IMG/VR virus record: IMGVR_UViG_3300042561_001850
Length of the DNA stretch: 64,000 bases
Source of the DNA: an uncultured virus (IMG/VR IMGVR_UViG_3300042561_001850)
Lineage: Duplodnaviria > Heunggongvirae > Uroviricota > Caudoviricetes
Strand: one strand, 5' to 3'
Shown here in pieces: positions 9,572 to 18,708 of this stretch; the first letter of the stretch is position 1, and each line of letters begins with the position of its first letter. A program made the position numbers and the translations under genes. Under the pieces are notes generated by a model, which was given only the letters and a program-made list of their open reading frames with translations, did no database searches and was not told where the DNA came from.

Positions 9572-10182
9572 TGGCTATTGAAACGCAAGGCTTTTGGCTT
9601 TCTCTTTGGGGCAGAACCCTGGATTCCAGTGCGATTGTGGAGCTGCAGACTGGTCAGCCAAGAAAATTCCTGCCGCCTGGGACATTCTGTAAGCCAGCAA
9701 AAGCTTCTGTTGTAGATGTGTCAATAGAAGAAGCCTATAACATTTGCTCTGTTGCCGTCGACTTGCCAGGAGAATGTTTGCCTTTTATCCTTTATACAGT
9801 TAAATTGTCTGATAACCCTAATACAGCAGGATCAAATCACAGGCAGCTAAGCCTGCCAACAGGGGGCCTGATCATCAACCCAAACCGAGAAACCCCTGCA
9901 AAATCTGTCACGCTGCGATTCCCAGTGGGAACCTTGTTGCTCCGCTTGGAAAGGCCTTGTACTGAAAATCAATGGTGCCGTGATAAAGCACTGATTGCTA
10001 CAGCTGTCCCCCATTTCACAGCAAATGGTTGGAGCCGCCGAAGCTTCCATTACGACGATCCTGCCAGGGTGTTCCAACCAACTGCGATTGTTTACCGAGA
10101 CAGCCTTGATGCCATCGTTTTTGTGGAAGAGTTCAACCATGTAGGCGACACCATCGTGGCTGAGCGATTCGCTTTGCAGTAA
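9571..10182 (+). CDS. Hypothetical protein
   Basis: 203-aa ORF coupled to the upstream stop. Confidence 0.55.
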   Translation: MAIETQGFWLSLWGRTLDSSAIVELQTGQPRKFLPPGTFCKPAKASVVDVSIEEAYNICSVAVDLPGECLPFILYTVKLSDNPNTAGSNHRQLSLPTGGLIINPNRETPAKSVTLRFPVGTLLLRLERPCTENQWCRDKALIATAVPHFTANGWSRRSFHYDDPARVFQPTAIVYRDSLDAIVFVEEFNHVGDTIVAERFALQ

Positions 10183-10194
10183 TCGGCAGAATGG

Positions 10195-10941
10195 ATGGAC
10201 AGCCTTGGCATCACGATGACTGGACGGATTGCCGACAAGAAGCCTGAAGCGGTCAAAACCATCCTCACCATCACTGCTCTACAGGATTCCTGGCTCAAGC
10301 AGAAGCCAATCCCAGCGAGTGACCTCAGCCCAGACCAAAGGAAGCCAGTGAAGGCAGGAGCCATTCACGGTTTGGTGGCCGTACGGGAAATCCCCCGCAC
10401 GGCCCATGTGGAGGTGGATCTTGCCGAAGGCGGCGGCACCTGGGTGATCTGGCAGCCCCACTGGAAGGGGTTCTCAGAGCCTCCCACCAGCCCCATCGTG
10501 AGCGGCCTGATTGATTGGCGCGACATGGGCGCAGCGGTATCGACTCATCTCAGCGTTGGTGAGGTGCTGCAGTTCGATCCCCGTCGGCGGCCATCACCCT
10601 CCAGCGGGGACATCCCCCGCATCATCCACACTGCACGCAAAGGCTTTGAGCCCCTCAGGCTTGCCTGGGGGACACCGCTAGGCGTGACCAGTTTCTACCG
10701 ACCTGAGCCGATCAACGCTGAAGTTGGAGGGGTTCGGAACAGTCACCACATCCCCGGCAACGCATTTGACATCTACCCCATCGGCCGCAGCTTGGAGGAA
10801 TTCTTCCAATGGGCTCGCGTTCGCTGGACTGGCGGCCTGGGCGATGGCCGTGATCGGGGCTTTCTCCACTTCGACACCCGCAACGGTGGTGGATTCGCAC
10901 CCGGCGGTGGCCGGCGGCCGGCGGCTGATTGGATCTACTGA
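10195..10941 (+). CDS. Peptidase M15A endolysin (Zn D-Ala-D-Ala carboxypeptidase family)
   Basis: VTSFYRPEPINAEVGGVRNSHHIPGNAFDI...FLHFDTR (SxH-x6-D...H Zn ligands). Confidence 0.85.
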   Translation: MDSLGITMTGRIADKKPEAVKTILTITALQDSWLKQKPIPASDLSPDQRKPVKAGAIHGLVAVREIPRTAHVEVDLAEGGGTWVIWQPHWKGFSEPPTSPIVSGLIDWRDMGAAVSTHLSVGEVLQFDPRRRPSPSSGDIPRIIHTARKGFEPLRLAWGTPLGVTSFYRPEPINAEVGGVRNSHHIPGNAFDIYPIGRSLEEFFQWARVRWTGGLGDGRDRGFLHFDTRNGGGFAPGGGRRPAADWIY

Positions 10942-11046
10942 TCACACAATTGGATGCCCTACAGAAAACCCCCGCTCATCACTCCACCAATCCTGACGGC
11001 AGGGCAGGCATTGTTCCTGGCATCTCAGCAGCAGCTGCACCGCCAA

Positions 11047-11913
11047 TCAATCGAGGAGCCCGATGCTGACGCGGAACCCTTCGCCCACATAATGGATTTC
11101 GACGGAGAATTCCAGCAGAATCTTGCGTAGGGCATCGTCGCTGCAAGCTTCCAAAGTGGCCGGATCCCGAAGCAGGCAGTCGTAAACCGTCGACGCATCG
11201 CTGGAGGCACTGGGCGTCAAGGCAACAATCTGATCACGCAGTTGGCAGATCGCCACCCCCAGGGCAACAACCCCCTCGGTTTGCAGGGCCTCCAGCCGGG
11301 CTAGCTGATCTTGGCACACCTGCAGCTCGTAGCAGTCGCTTTCGGATTGCTGCACAGCCCATTCCTTGGCCAGCCGTGCCATGCGAGGGGCCGCTCGACG
11401 GGTCAGCGCTGCGATCGTTGCCTTACGCAACGCTTCCTCTTCCAGCTGGGCCCCATGGCACGGGCAGCCGACGCGGCTGCATTTGTAGTTGCCTGCCCGG
11501 CTGTCCCAGCGGAACTGGCTTGAGCAGCCGCTGCACACAATGAGCCGACTGAAAAGGCGGCATTCATCCCGGCGTGGCTGATGGCCGCGGATGTAAAGCA
11601 GCCGTTTGAGGATTCGCCATTCTGACCGTGAGATCAAGCACGGGCCATGGCCCCATTCAACCGTGGCCCATTGAAGGGAACGATGCACTCGATGCCCGTT
11701 GCCACCCCGAAGGGTTGGGTTCGTAATCCATCTGCTAAACCCTTTTCGTGTGGGTATCCACGGAAATGCAATCGGTAAAGCCCTTGTAATTGCTGAATAA
11801 GTAAGTTCGCATTGAATTGCCAATTCAACCAACAGCCTTGCATGGCGCCAGTTGGATTCGCAGCGCTGAATCCTTCCGTTGCTGTAAGCAAATCCAAACG
11901 GTACTCGTCGCAT
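11047..11913 (-). pseudogene. Large serine recombinase C-terminal part (recombinase domain, Zn ribbon, coiled coil) without the catalytic domain
   Basis: Starts RVPFGFAY; WITNPTLRG, LISRSEW, LFSRLIVCSGC...YKC..C; in-frame TGA 11 codons upstream (11944-11946) and only about 100 bp to the next gene. Confidence 0.7.
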
Positions 11914-12014
11914 CGGCCAATAAGGATTTTTCCTTGTACGGCGTCAAACACCAGTCTGCGCCTGGACCCAACTGGGTAAACTGGTTAACAGATTACACAG
12001 ATAAGCTTTTCAAA

Positions 12015-12713
12015 ATGGCCGCCAAACGCCCTGCCGCCGCTGGTCAGCTGGCTCCCATTGCTAGGCCGGTGGATGACGCAGAAACCAGTCCCAGAGCGCG
12101 AGTTGTCACCCTGGCCGAGCTGACGCCAGACCCAAAGAACGCCCGGCGGCGCACGGAGCGCTCCCACGGGATGCTGTCCCGGTCAATCTCCGACTTCGGT
12201 GCGGCCCGCTCGATCGTGGTCGATGAGAACGGGGTGGTGCTTTGTGGCAACGGCACGGTGGAGGCCGCGGCCATCCACGGCATCAACCGGGTGCTTGTGA
12301 TTCCGACTGACGGCAACACCCTGGTGGCGGTGCAGCGGACCGATCTGAGCCCAACCGCAAAAACGGGCCTTGCCCTGGCGGACAACCGCAGCAGCGACAC
12401 TTCGGAGTTTTCCGGGCGGATGCTGGCCGAGCTGATGGAGGCCGACACGATGCTCGACATCAGCCCCTGGTTCACCGAAGACGAGTTCTCGGCCCTGCTG
12501 AAGGCTGATGAGGTGGAGTCCCTCCCCCCTGAAGAGCCGGCGGCGAAGTCAGGCCTGGAGATCAAGATCGCTTTCGACGATCAGGAGGCCTTTGACCGCT
12601 TTGGGTCGCTGCTGGTCCAGCTGGCCGCCAGCCTGCCGGAGCAGGACGAGCTGTCGGAGCGGCTGGCCCTGGTGATCGAGGAGCACCTCAACCGGCGAGA
12701 GCGGCGAGGCTAA
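12015..12713 (+). CDS. ParB/Srx-like N-terminal domain protein
   Basis: LAELTPDPKNARR...SISDFGAARSIVVDENGVVLCGNGTVEAA...LALADNRSSD; probable ATG at 12015. Confidence 0.75.
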   Translation: MAAKRPAAAGQLAPIARPVDDAETSPRARVVTLAELTPDPKNARRRTERSHGMLSRSISDFGAARSIVVDENGVVLCGNGTVEAAAIHGINRVLVIPTDGNTLVAVQRTDLSPTAKTGLALADNRSSDTSEFSGRMLAELMEADTMLDISPWFTEDEFSALLKADEVESLPPEEPAAKSGLEIKIAFDDQEAFDRFGSLLVQLAASLPEQDELSERLALVIEEHLNRRERRG

Positions 12714-12796
12714 GGCTTGCCTGCAGGCCCTGCAGATTTGAGCACCACGGTGTCGGAGCGGCTGGCCCTGGTGATCGAGGAGCATCTGAATCGGCG
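12652..12796 (+). repeat. 46-bp imperfect direct repeat duplicating the 3' end of the ParB-like gene
   Basis: 12652-12697 versus 12751-12796; only three differences, all synonymous. Confidence 0.85.
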
Positions 12797-12896
12797 CAGT
12801 TGAACCGACGGCGCCGGAGCGGATATGCCACAATCAATCCGGTGATCCAAACCCTTTTCGTTTGACCGCGGGTGGGGGTTTGGGTGAGTAGTTGAG

Positions 12897-12930
12897 AGGG
12901 CTCCCGGTTTGGTACCCGGGGGCCCTTTCT
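12897..12930. terminator. Intergenic GC-rich hairpin, possible terminator
   Basis: AGGGCTCCCGG-8 nt-CCGGGGGCCCT followed by TTCT. Confidence 0.35.
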
Positions 12931-12994
12931 GCTGTTGATCAGCAGGGCTTGCATCAGCCCCAACCCGGCAGAATGAGCAACTGGCGATATTGCT

Positions 12995-15193
12995 GTGCCG
13001 CAGGGCCTTTTGGAACTTGAGGCCCGGCTGGCCCGGCTGGATGCCAAGGCCAAGCAAGCGGCCCCCGGGCAAATCGGTCTCGACTTTGGGTCCACGCCCG
13101 CACCACCGGCCGCCGCCGGTGCGGGGCGCCCGGGCAAGCCCTGCGGTGATGGCCACATCAGCGCCGCCTATTCCTGCCACAAGAATGGCGGCGATGCCCC
13201 CCAGGGGCCAGCGGCTGGCGACACCTTCACATCGGATGAAGCCATTGCCCTGACGGTGTTGGCCAACAAGAAGCTGCGCAGCGACAAGGCCAGAAACAAG
13301 GCCATGATCGATCTGGGTGTCCGGCCAGATACGGATTTCGTCGCCCTGGTCTTGGCGGCACGGGAAAAGCTGGGCGGGCCCGGCTGGTGGCAGGACGAAA
13401 GCGGGTGGAAGGACAAACTGCAGCGCTTTGCAGCTGCAGCAGGGATAACGCCCAAAGCCCCCGCCAAGAAGAAGCAGGAGCCAGAGCTGATCAGCTCGGC
13501 CGAGGTGAAAACCTCCGCCGACCAGCTGGCATTTGCCAAACAGCAGCGGGCTGCGGCCCGCAGCGCTGGCGACACCACGGGGGAACAGGCCTGGGCTGAT
13601 TTGCAGCGGGACCTCCAACGCCGCCGCCTGGGGGCGGCCATGGCCGGCAAGCGCCAAAGCCAAACGGGACTCTTCGGGGCCACCGATTACGACCAGTCGC
13701 TGCCCCTCTTTGGTCGCAAGGATGGTGCCGATCGGGTTCGAGGTGAAATCGCTTCGATCGTCACGGCAGAACTCGAGCGCCAATTCCGCCAACCAATCCA
13801 GCTGCTCTCCCTCAACAGCTCCAGGGCCACCGGTGCGGTCACCGGTCGCTTTCGCAGTGGCCAAATGGTCTTCGGCTATCAGATCAAGGGGGAGCGGGTC
13901 AGCTATCAGCCCATCGGCGCCGAGCTGGCGAGGCCCCGGGGTTCGGCGCCGGAGCGGCAGGACGCCATCAGGGGTTGGAGCCCAGCGCGGTTGCAAGCGT
14001 TTCTAGTTACAGCTGCGCGGATGGACAGCCCCAGGCCCGGGCAGCGCCGCTGCGCCACCGGCTATCGCTGCGGCAGCACCTGCATCTCCCGCAGCAAACG
14101 GTGAGAACTCACCGGCAATGCCCAAGCCCTGGGCCGCCTGGGGGCCCTCGTCACCGGCGGCCAGGGCCAGGCCGTCACCAGGTTGGGGCGCAAGCTCCAT
14201 GGGCCCAATGATCGCCCGGCCCAGCTGCTCCAGCGGCGTGATGCCCTCCTGGCCGAAGGCCGTGACCTGCTCTCCCGCCGCCGCGATGACGGCAACGGCA
14301 CCCTCATGGAATTCCCCACCCCAGAGGCGATGCGAGCAATCAGCACCCTGGGGCGCCGCATCCGAGAGGTGGACCGTGAATTGCAGGAGGCCTCAGGCGA
14401 AAACCCCAACCACCGCCGCTGGCAGAAGGGCACCCCGGGCCTCGAAGACGGCCGCACCGGTTTCCCTGCAATGCCCGACAGCCCCGGGCGCAAGCTCTAC
14501 CGCGAGCAGCTGATCCAGGAGGCCCTCGCCAAGGGCACAACCGCCGGCAAGGGGGCCGGCGGCCGCAAGGTGGCCATCGTCATGATGGGGGGGCCCGCTT
14601 CGGGCAAATCAAGCCTCCTGGCCAAGGTGATGGCTGACACCACCGGCTATGTGAAGGTCGATCCTGATGAAGTGAAGGATCGGCTGCCCGAGTTTGCCTT
14701 GGCAGTCGCCAATTCCGACAAGCTGGCCGCGGCGAGAGCCCACGAGGAATCCAGCACCGCCATCGCCGAGGTGATTAAGGAGCGGGCAATTGAGGGCGGC
14801 TACAACGTCATGCTCGATGGAACGGGCAAAAACGGCAAGAAGTATCTGGCGATGGTGCAACGCCTCAAGGAACGGGGCTATGAGGTCCGGGTGATCATGC
14901 CCCACATCTCCGTTGCGGAGGGCGTGATGGCCGCTGAAAAGCGCGCCCATCGATCAGGGCGCTTTGTTCCTTTGGATTTCATCCGCCAGGCCTATGAGGT
15001 GATCCCGCACAACTTCGAGCAGGTGGCCCGCTTAGCGGATTCGGCGGTGCTGGCCGATGCCGAGCCCGATCGTCTGGGGGCCCGATCAATGAGCACCATC
15101 CAACGGTGGGAGAACGGGCGTATCGTTGAAGAGGACCAATCAAAATCACGCGCCTACAAACAGCAGTTTTTTGGAGGCAAAGCGCCGCGATGA
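12995..15193 (+). CDS. Modular effector 1: leader/Cys-knuckle modules plus C-terminal zeta-toxin-like P-loop kinase; interrupted by an in-frame TGA at 14102-14104
   Basis: ORFs 12995-14104 and 14183-15193 share a frame with one stop between them; zeta motifs MGGPASGKS, VDPDEVK, HEESS, NVMLDGT, RSGRFVP. Confidence 0.75.
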
Positions 15194-15357
15194 CCAGCAG
15201 CACCAGACAGGATCCCAGCGCATCAATTGGAGGCGACACCGCCGCAGACGAGCAACTTGATGCAACGCTGCCAGCGCTGACGGCAGAAGAGCTGGCAGCG
15301 TACGCACAAGAGTCGGAAGGGATGCCTGATTGGGACCCTGATTCCCACCTCGGCTGA
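15190..15357 (+). CDS. 55-aa acidic protein, candidate antitoxin/immunity factor
   Basis: ATGA overlap with the zeta stop; MTSSTRQDPSASIGGDTAADEQLDATLPALTAEELAAYAQESEGMPDWDPDSHLG (manual translation). Confidence 0.5.
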   Translation: MTSSTRQDPSASIGGDTAADEQLDATLPALTAEELAAYAQESEGMPDWDPDSHLG

Positions 15358-15397
15358 CCGTTAAAGGCCCAAACAAGGTCACAAAGGGCGGATTGCC

Positions 15398-15413
15398 GTA
15401 CAGGATTCTGTAT
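15398..15413. promoter_or_regulatory. Putative operator copy 2 (GTACAGGATTCTGTAT)
   Basis: TACAG-N4-CTGTA palindrome upstream of the AbrB-like gene. Confidence 0.45.
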
Positions 15414-15472
15414 TTGCTTGCATAGGGCTATTGCGCCAAGTGATACTTAAATGGTCATTGCACTGCATCCAG

Positions 15473-15856
15473 ATGCTTGTCGGTTCTGATTTGATGGCCA
15501 AGGTCAAGGAGATGGGGGATGTCAGCAAGTCCGATCTTGTTCGGGCTTGTGGCTACGTCTCCACCAAGGCCGATGGTTCCGAGCGCCTCAATTTCACGGC
15601 GTTCTACGAGGCCCTCCTCAATGCCAAGGGTGTGGACTTTGGTGGCGGTGGTGGCAAGGCCGCTGGCGGCAAATCCCCAGGCCGCAAGCTCAGCTTCGAG
15701 ACCAAGGTTCAGTTCAATGGCAACCTGATGATCGGCAAGGCCTACACAGCCTTGCTCGATCTGAAGCCCGGCGACGAGTTCGAAATCAAGCTCGGGCGAA
15801 AATCGATTCGCCTCCTGCCGAAGGGTGACAGCGAGGCAGCAGAAGATCAGGATTGA
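15473..15856 (+). CDS. Cyanobacterial AbrB-like transcriptional regulator
   Basis: MLVGSDLMAKVKEMGDVSKSDLVRACGYVS..ERLNFTAFYEALL..GRKLSF..VQFNGNLMIGKAYT..PGDEFEIKLGRK. Confidence 0.88.
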   Translation: MLVGSDLMAKVKEMGDVSKSDLVRACGYVSTKADGSERLNFTAFYEALLNAKGVDFGGGGGKAAGGKSPGRKLSFETKVQFNGNLMIGKAYTALLDLKPGDEFEIKLGRKSIRLLPKGDSEAAEDQD

Positions 15857-15897
15857 TGGTTGCGGCCGGCCCCTGGTCGGCAAGCGCAGCGAAGGGG

Positions 15898-15923
15898 GCC
15901 CTGGTTTGCGCCAGGGCTTTTTT
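15898..15923 (+). terminator. Rho-independent terminator
   Basis: GCCCTGG-tttgcg-CCAGGGC-TTTTTT after the AbrB-like gene. Confidence 0.75.
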
Positions 15924-16017
15924 GTGTGCTGGAGGGCCGATTGGGTCGCCACACCGTTACGGACGTGTTACGCTATGAAGGAAGGGGAGGGATCCCCTCA
16001 AACCGCTGGAAACAACA

Positions 16018-16212
16018 ATGGCCAACACCGCCACCGCCACCGCCACCGCCACCGATACCGCCACACTTTTGGACGCAATTGACTCGGCGATGGCTGCCTA
16101 CAGCGCTTCGATTGATCGGGGGCTCGCGATGGCCGGCGAGATGCGGCGCCTGGCCGACACGGTCGATGGCGGGATGGCCGACGCACGGGCCGAGTTCGAC
16201 GAGTGGTGGTGA
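16018..16212 (+). CDS. Small hypothetical protein with a (TA)n tract encoded by an (ACCGCC)n microsatellite
   Basis: 64 aa; ACCGCC repeats at 16027-16062. Confidence 0.5.
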   Translation: MANTATATATATDTATLLDAIDSAMAAYSASIDRGLAMAGEMRRLADTVDGGMADARAEFDEWW

Positions 16213-16276
16213 CGCCACCCCCCCCCCAGCCCGCCGGGGCCGTCCGGCAACACATCCATCCTCTCACCAGCCAGTC

Positions 16277-16456
16277 ATGCCTGAAAAACGCTTCTTCCCC
16301 ATCTCCTGCCGCTCTCTCTACTGCGGTGAAACGACCTGTCCTGCCACCTGCTCCAACCTGCCCGACTTGACCGCCTTCAACGCCTGGAAGCAGCGCACTA
16401 AGGCAACCCAGCCAGATCCGATCTGGAGCCCCACCTGTTGGCAAGCCGCCGCTTGA
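16277..16456 (+). CDS. Small Cys-rich hypothetical protein
   Basis: MPEKRFFPISCRSLYCGETTCPATC... Confidence 0.45.
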   Translation: MPEKRFFPISCRSLYCGETTCPATCSNLPDLTAFNAWKQRTKATQPDPIWSPTCWQAAA

Positions 16457-16532
16457 CCCCTGCCCGCTGGCCCTGACCCTCGGCCAGCCTGCAGCGCTCA
16501 GCTGCTATCCACCATCGACACCATCAAACGCC

Positions 16533-16874
16533 ATGACCACTACCACCATCCAAGTGACTACCCTTGACAAAATCGTTCAAGTTGCCAACGCTGCCGTAGC
16601 GATTCGGGGCAGTGGCCAGCTAGCCACAAAGAAATACGCAAAAATGATCGACACTCATTGGGCAGCCTATATGTTTGCCGCTGGCCAGCATGACTCTGTT
16701 GACCTTCACTTGAGGCTAAGGGCAATTACGTCGGCGCGGCCATTAGAACATTTTTCGCACCTTGGAAGCTGCGACTGGCCGGTAATGGCTGCTTACATGG
16801 GTTCACACCACCAACCGACAGGCGTCAAGCCGGTCAAAATGCGCCGATTAAACCACCTTGCAAGCTCGCTCTAG
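16533..16874 (+). CDS. Hypothetical protein
   Basis: 113-aa ORF in a cluster of small genes. Confidence 0.5.
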   Translation: MTTTTIQVTTLDKIVQVANAAVAIRGSGQLATKKYAKMIDTHWAAYMFAAGQHDSVDLHLRLRAITSARPLEHFSHLGSCDWPVMAAYMGSHHQPTGVKPVKMRRLNHLASSL

Positions 16875-16921
16875 CCCGCCGGGGCTTCCCGGCAACAATT
16901 CACCTTCGCCGCTTTACCGCC

Positions 16922-17203
16922 GTGACTGACTACTCCGAAGCATTCAAAACAGCCCGACGCCACTACGCAGAAGATTTTCACTGGCAACTTGAAAAAAAAG
17001 CAGGAGGGCCCGATGCCCTCTTGGCGCTCACCAAAGGGAAACCACGCGGCGAAGTAGAACATTTTATCGGCACTTTTATATCTGAACTCGCAGAAGAAGG
17101 GACACCAGCAGCATCGCTGCTTTGCACGGCGCATCGGTTTCTATTCTGCAAAGAAGAAATGCTTGATGCGCTAGAAGCAGCGCCATGGGGCGACGATGCC
17201 TGA
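16922..17203 (+). CDS. Hypothetical protein
   Basis: 93-aa ORF overlapping the next gene. Confidence 0.5.
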   Translation: MTDYSEAFKTARRHYAEDFHWQLEKKAGGPDALLALTKGKPRGEVEHFIGTFISELAEEGTPAASLLCTAHRFLFCKEEMLDALEAAPWGDDA

Positions 17204-17420
17204 CCCCACCGCCGCCGAGCGAATGCGACGGTATCGAGCGCGCCAGGCCGGCCGGCTGCCGCCCGCAGAGTTGTTCACCTGCTCCAACTGCTCCAGGCCT
17301 CACACCGGCGCCCATGACCCGTTCTGCGCCAAATGCTGGCTGTGCATAACAGAAGAAGGCAGGGCCGATCTAGCCTTCAGGCAAGCAGCCTTTCGAGTTA
17401 ATCGCAAAACCCGATCATGA
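17196..17420 (+). CDS. Small Zn-finger protein
   Basis: TAAERMRRYRAR plus CSNC..CAKC. Confidence 0.55.
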   Translation: MPDPTAAERMRRYRARQAGRLPPAELFTCSNCSRPHTGAHDPFCAKCWLCITEEGRADLAFRQAAFRVNRKTRS

Positions 17421-17428
17421 GGCAATTG

Positions 17429-18445
17429 CTAATGCTCTGGCTTTGATGACTCCTCAGACTTCTTGGCCGTTTGTTGTGCCAATCTGATGGCAGCAAAGGC
17501 AGCCCCAGCCGAAGCAAAATCGTAGTGCATCTCCAGATTAAACCACCAGTCTGGGACTAAACCACTTGCGATTATGCACCAGCAATTGGACTCTCCCATG
17601 CGACTTATCCTCACCGACTCACCCGCGTCATACGAATAGACGCTCAGGCTTGGTAACTCTGGCATTTTCCCAGGGCGAGGGATGGCCCAGTGCGGAGCGG
17701 AGTGGGTCACCGTGCCAAGGCGTCCCGAGCCCTGTGCCGGATCGGGCGGGGTGTCGTAGTTCCAGCTGCCCATGGAGTACGAATTGCAAAACCAGCACCG
17801 GCCCTCGGCATCACACCAGCCAAGGCGGTTCCATGGCTGTTCGTTGACGGGCACCACCAATGCTTTGGCGGGTTCGGCCAACTGCTGAACCAGGGCGGCA
17901 AGCTCGGACTCCTGCTGCTGGAGCAGGGTAGCGGCGCGGCGCAGCTTGAGAAATGCGTCAATGCTGATTGCGCCAGCCTGCGCTCGCGTAGGCGTCAGGA
18001 ACTCCACCAACTCCCCCACCTCCCCTGGCTCCGGCGCTGGCGGGGTGGCGGGTTCGGCCAACAGCTGAACCAGGGCTGCAAGCTGGGACTCCTGCTGCTC
18101 CAGCCTGGTGGCAGCCCGGCCAAAATATTCAGCGTCGCAGAGTTGAACCAAAGTTGAGTTTTCTGAACCAAGGGATTGCTCCCGTATTCGCAAGCAATGA
18201 ATCAGTTCAACCACATGTCCTGGCTCCTGCGCTGGTCGGGGCGGGGAATGGTCCATCTCATCCGCCTCAAACCACAGCAGCACCGGTTCGCAAGTGGTTG
18301 GGCACATGGCCCAGTGGGTTACTTCGACGTCGAGAATGCTCTGGAGATTGATAAACCGTGCGAACTTCAGAGAATCATGATCACCACCGCAGCGAGAGCA
18401 GCAGCGAACGTCTTGAAGAAAGCTCTGGGCAGTTGGTGCAATCAT
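17429..18445 (-). CDS. Mosaic hypothetical protein with an internal repeat
   Basis: Probable ATG at 18445; RAATRLEQQESQLAALVQLLAEPA and RAATLLQQQESELAALVQQLAEPA. Confidence 0.6.
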   Translation of the reverse strand: MIAPTAQSFLQDVRCCSRCGGDHDSLKFARFINLQSILDVEVTHWAMCPTTCEPVLLWFEADEMDHSPPRPAQEPGHVVELIHCLRIREQSLGSENSTLVQLCDAEYFGRAATRLEQQESQLAALVQLLAEPATPPAPEPGEVGELVEFLTPTRAQAGAISIDAFLKLRRAATLLQQQESELAALVQQLAEPAKALVVPVNEQPWNRLGWCDAEGRCWFCNSYSMGSWNYDTPPDPAQGSGRLGTVTHSAPHWAIPRPGKMPELPSLSVYSYDAGESVRISRMGESNCWCIIASGLVPDWWFNLEMHYDFASAGAAFAAIRLAQQTAKKSEESSKPEH

Positions 18446-18708
18446 TGTTTTGTTTCCAGGATGTTGAGTTGGCCGGGGGCAGGTTCTGGTGATCGACGCT
18501 TCGACCAGGGCGGGGGCTGGTAGACCTTTGGAGCCAGCTGGCGCTTGATCTCGCTCAACCAGATCTTGTAGGGGTGTCCACTCTTGGGCTCCCAGGGAAA
18601 AGCATCGGAAAGGGCCCGCCGCAGCGCCGGCAGGTCGCTGGTGCCAACGTCCTTGATCACCTGGGCAATCAACGGGGCCGCCTGCTTTCGCCAGTAGGAG
18701 TTGGTCAC
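18442..18708 (-). CDS. Hypothetical protein
   Basis: GTG overlapping the exonuclease stop; LRRALSDAFPW..HPYKIWLSEI. Confidence 0.55.
   Translation of the reverse strand: MTNSYWRKQAAPLIAQVIKDVGTSDLPALRRALSDAFPWEPKSGHPYKIWLSEIKRQLAPKVYQPPPWSKRRSPEPAPGQLNILETKQ

Noticed and set aside
12652..12796. Diversity-generating retroelement TR/VR pair
   Set aside because: Differences are synonymous C/T and C/G changes, not adenine-specific, and there is no reverse transcriptase in the window
12710..13996. Long antisense ORFs (12710-13996, 34705-36117, 50800-51828 and many shorter ones)
   Set aside because: Shadow frames of GC-rich genes on the opposite strand, with no recognisable motifs
14102..14150. 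Selenocysteine recoding of the TGA at a Cys position
   Set aside because: Only a weak 5-bp hairpin follows, there are no sel genes in the window, and cyanobacteria generally lack Sec machinery; nonsense mutation or read-through is more plausible
15398..15413. NtcA box or canonical cyanobacterial LexA box
   Set aside because: The spacing does not match GTA-N8-TAC or the RGTAC-N3-DGTWC consensus; treated as a phage-specific operator instead
16027..16062. Phase variation at (ACCGCC)n
   Set aside because: A hexamer unit keeps the reading frame, so it only changes the length of the Thr-Ala tract
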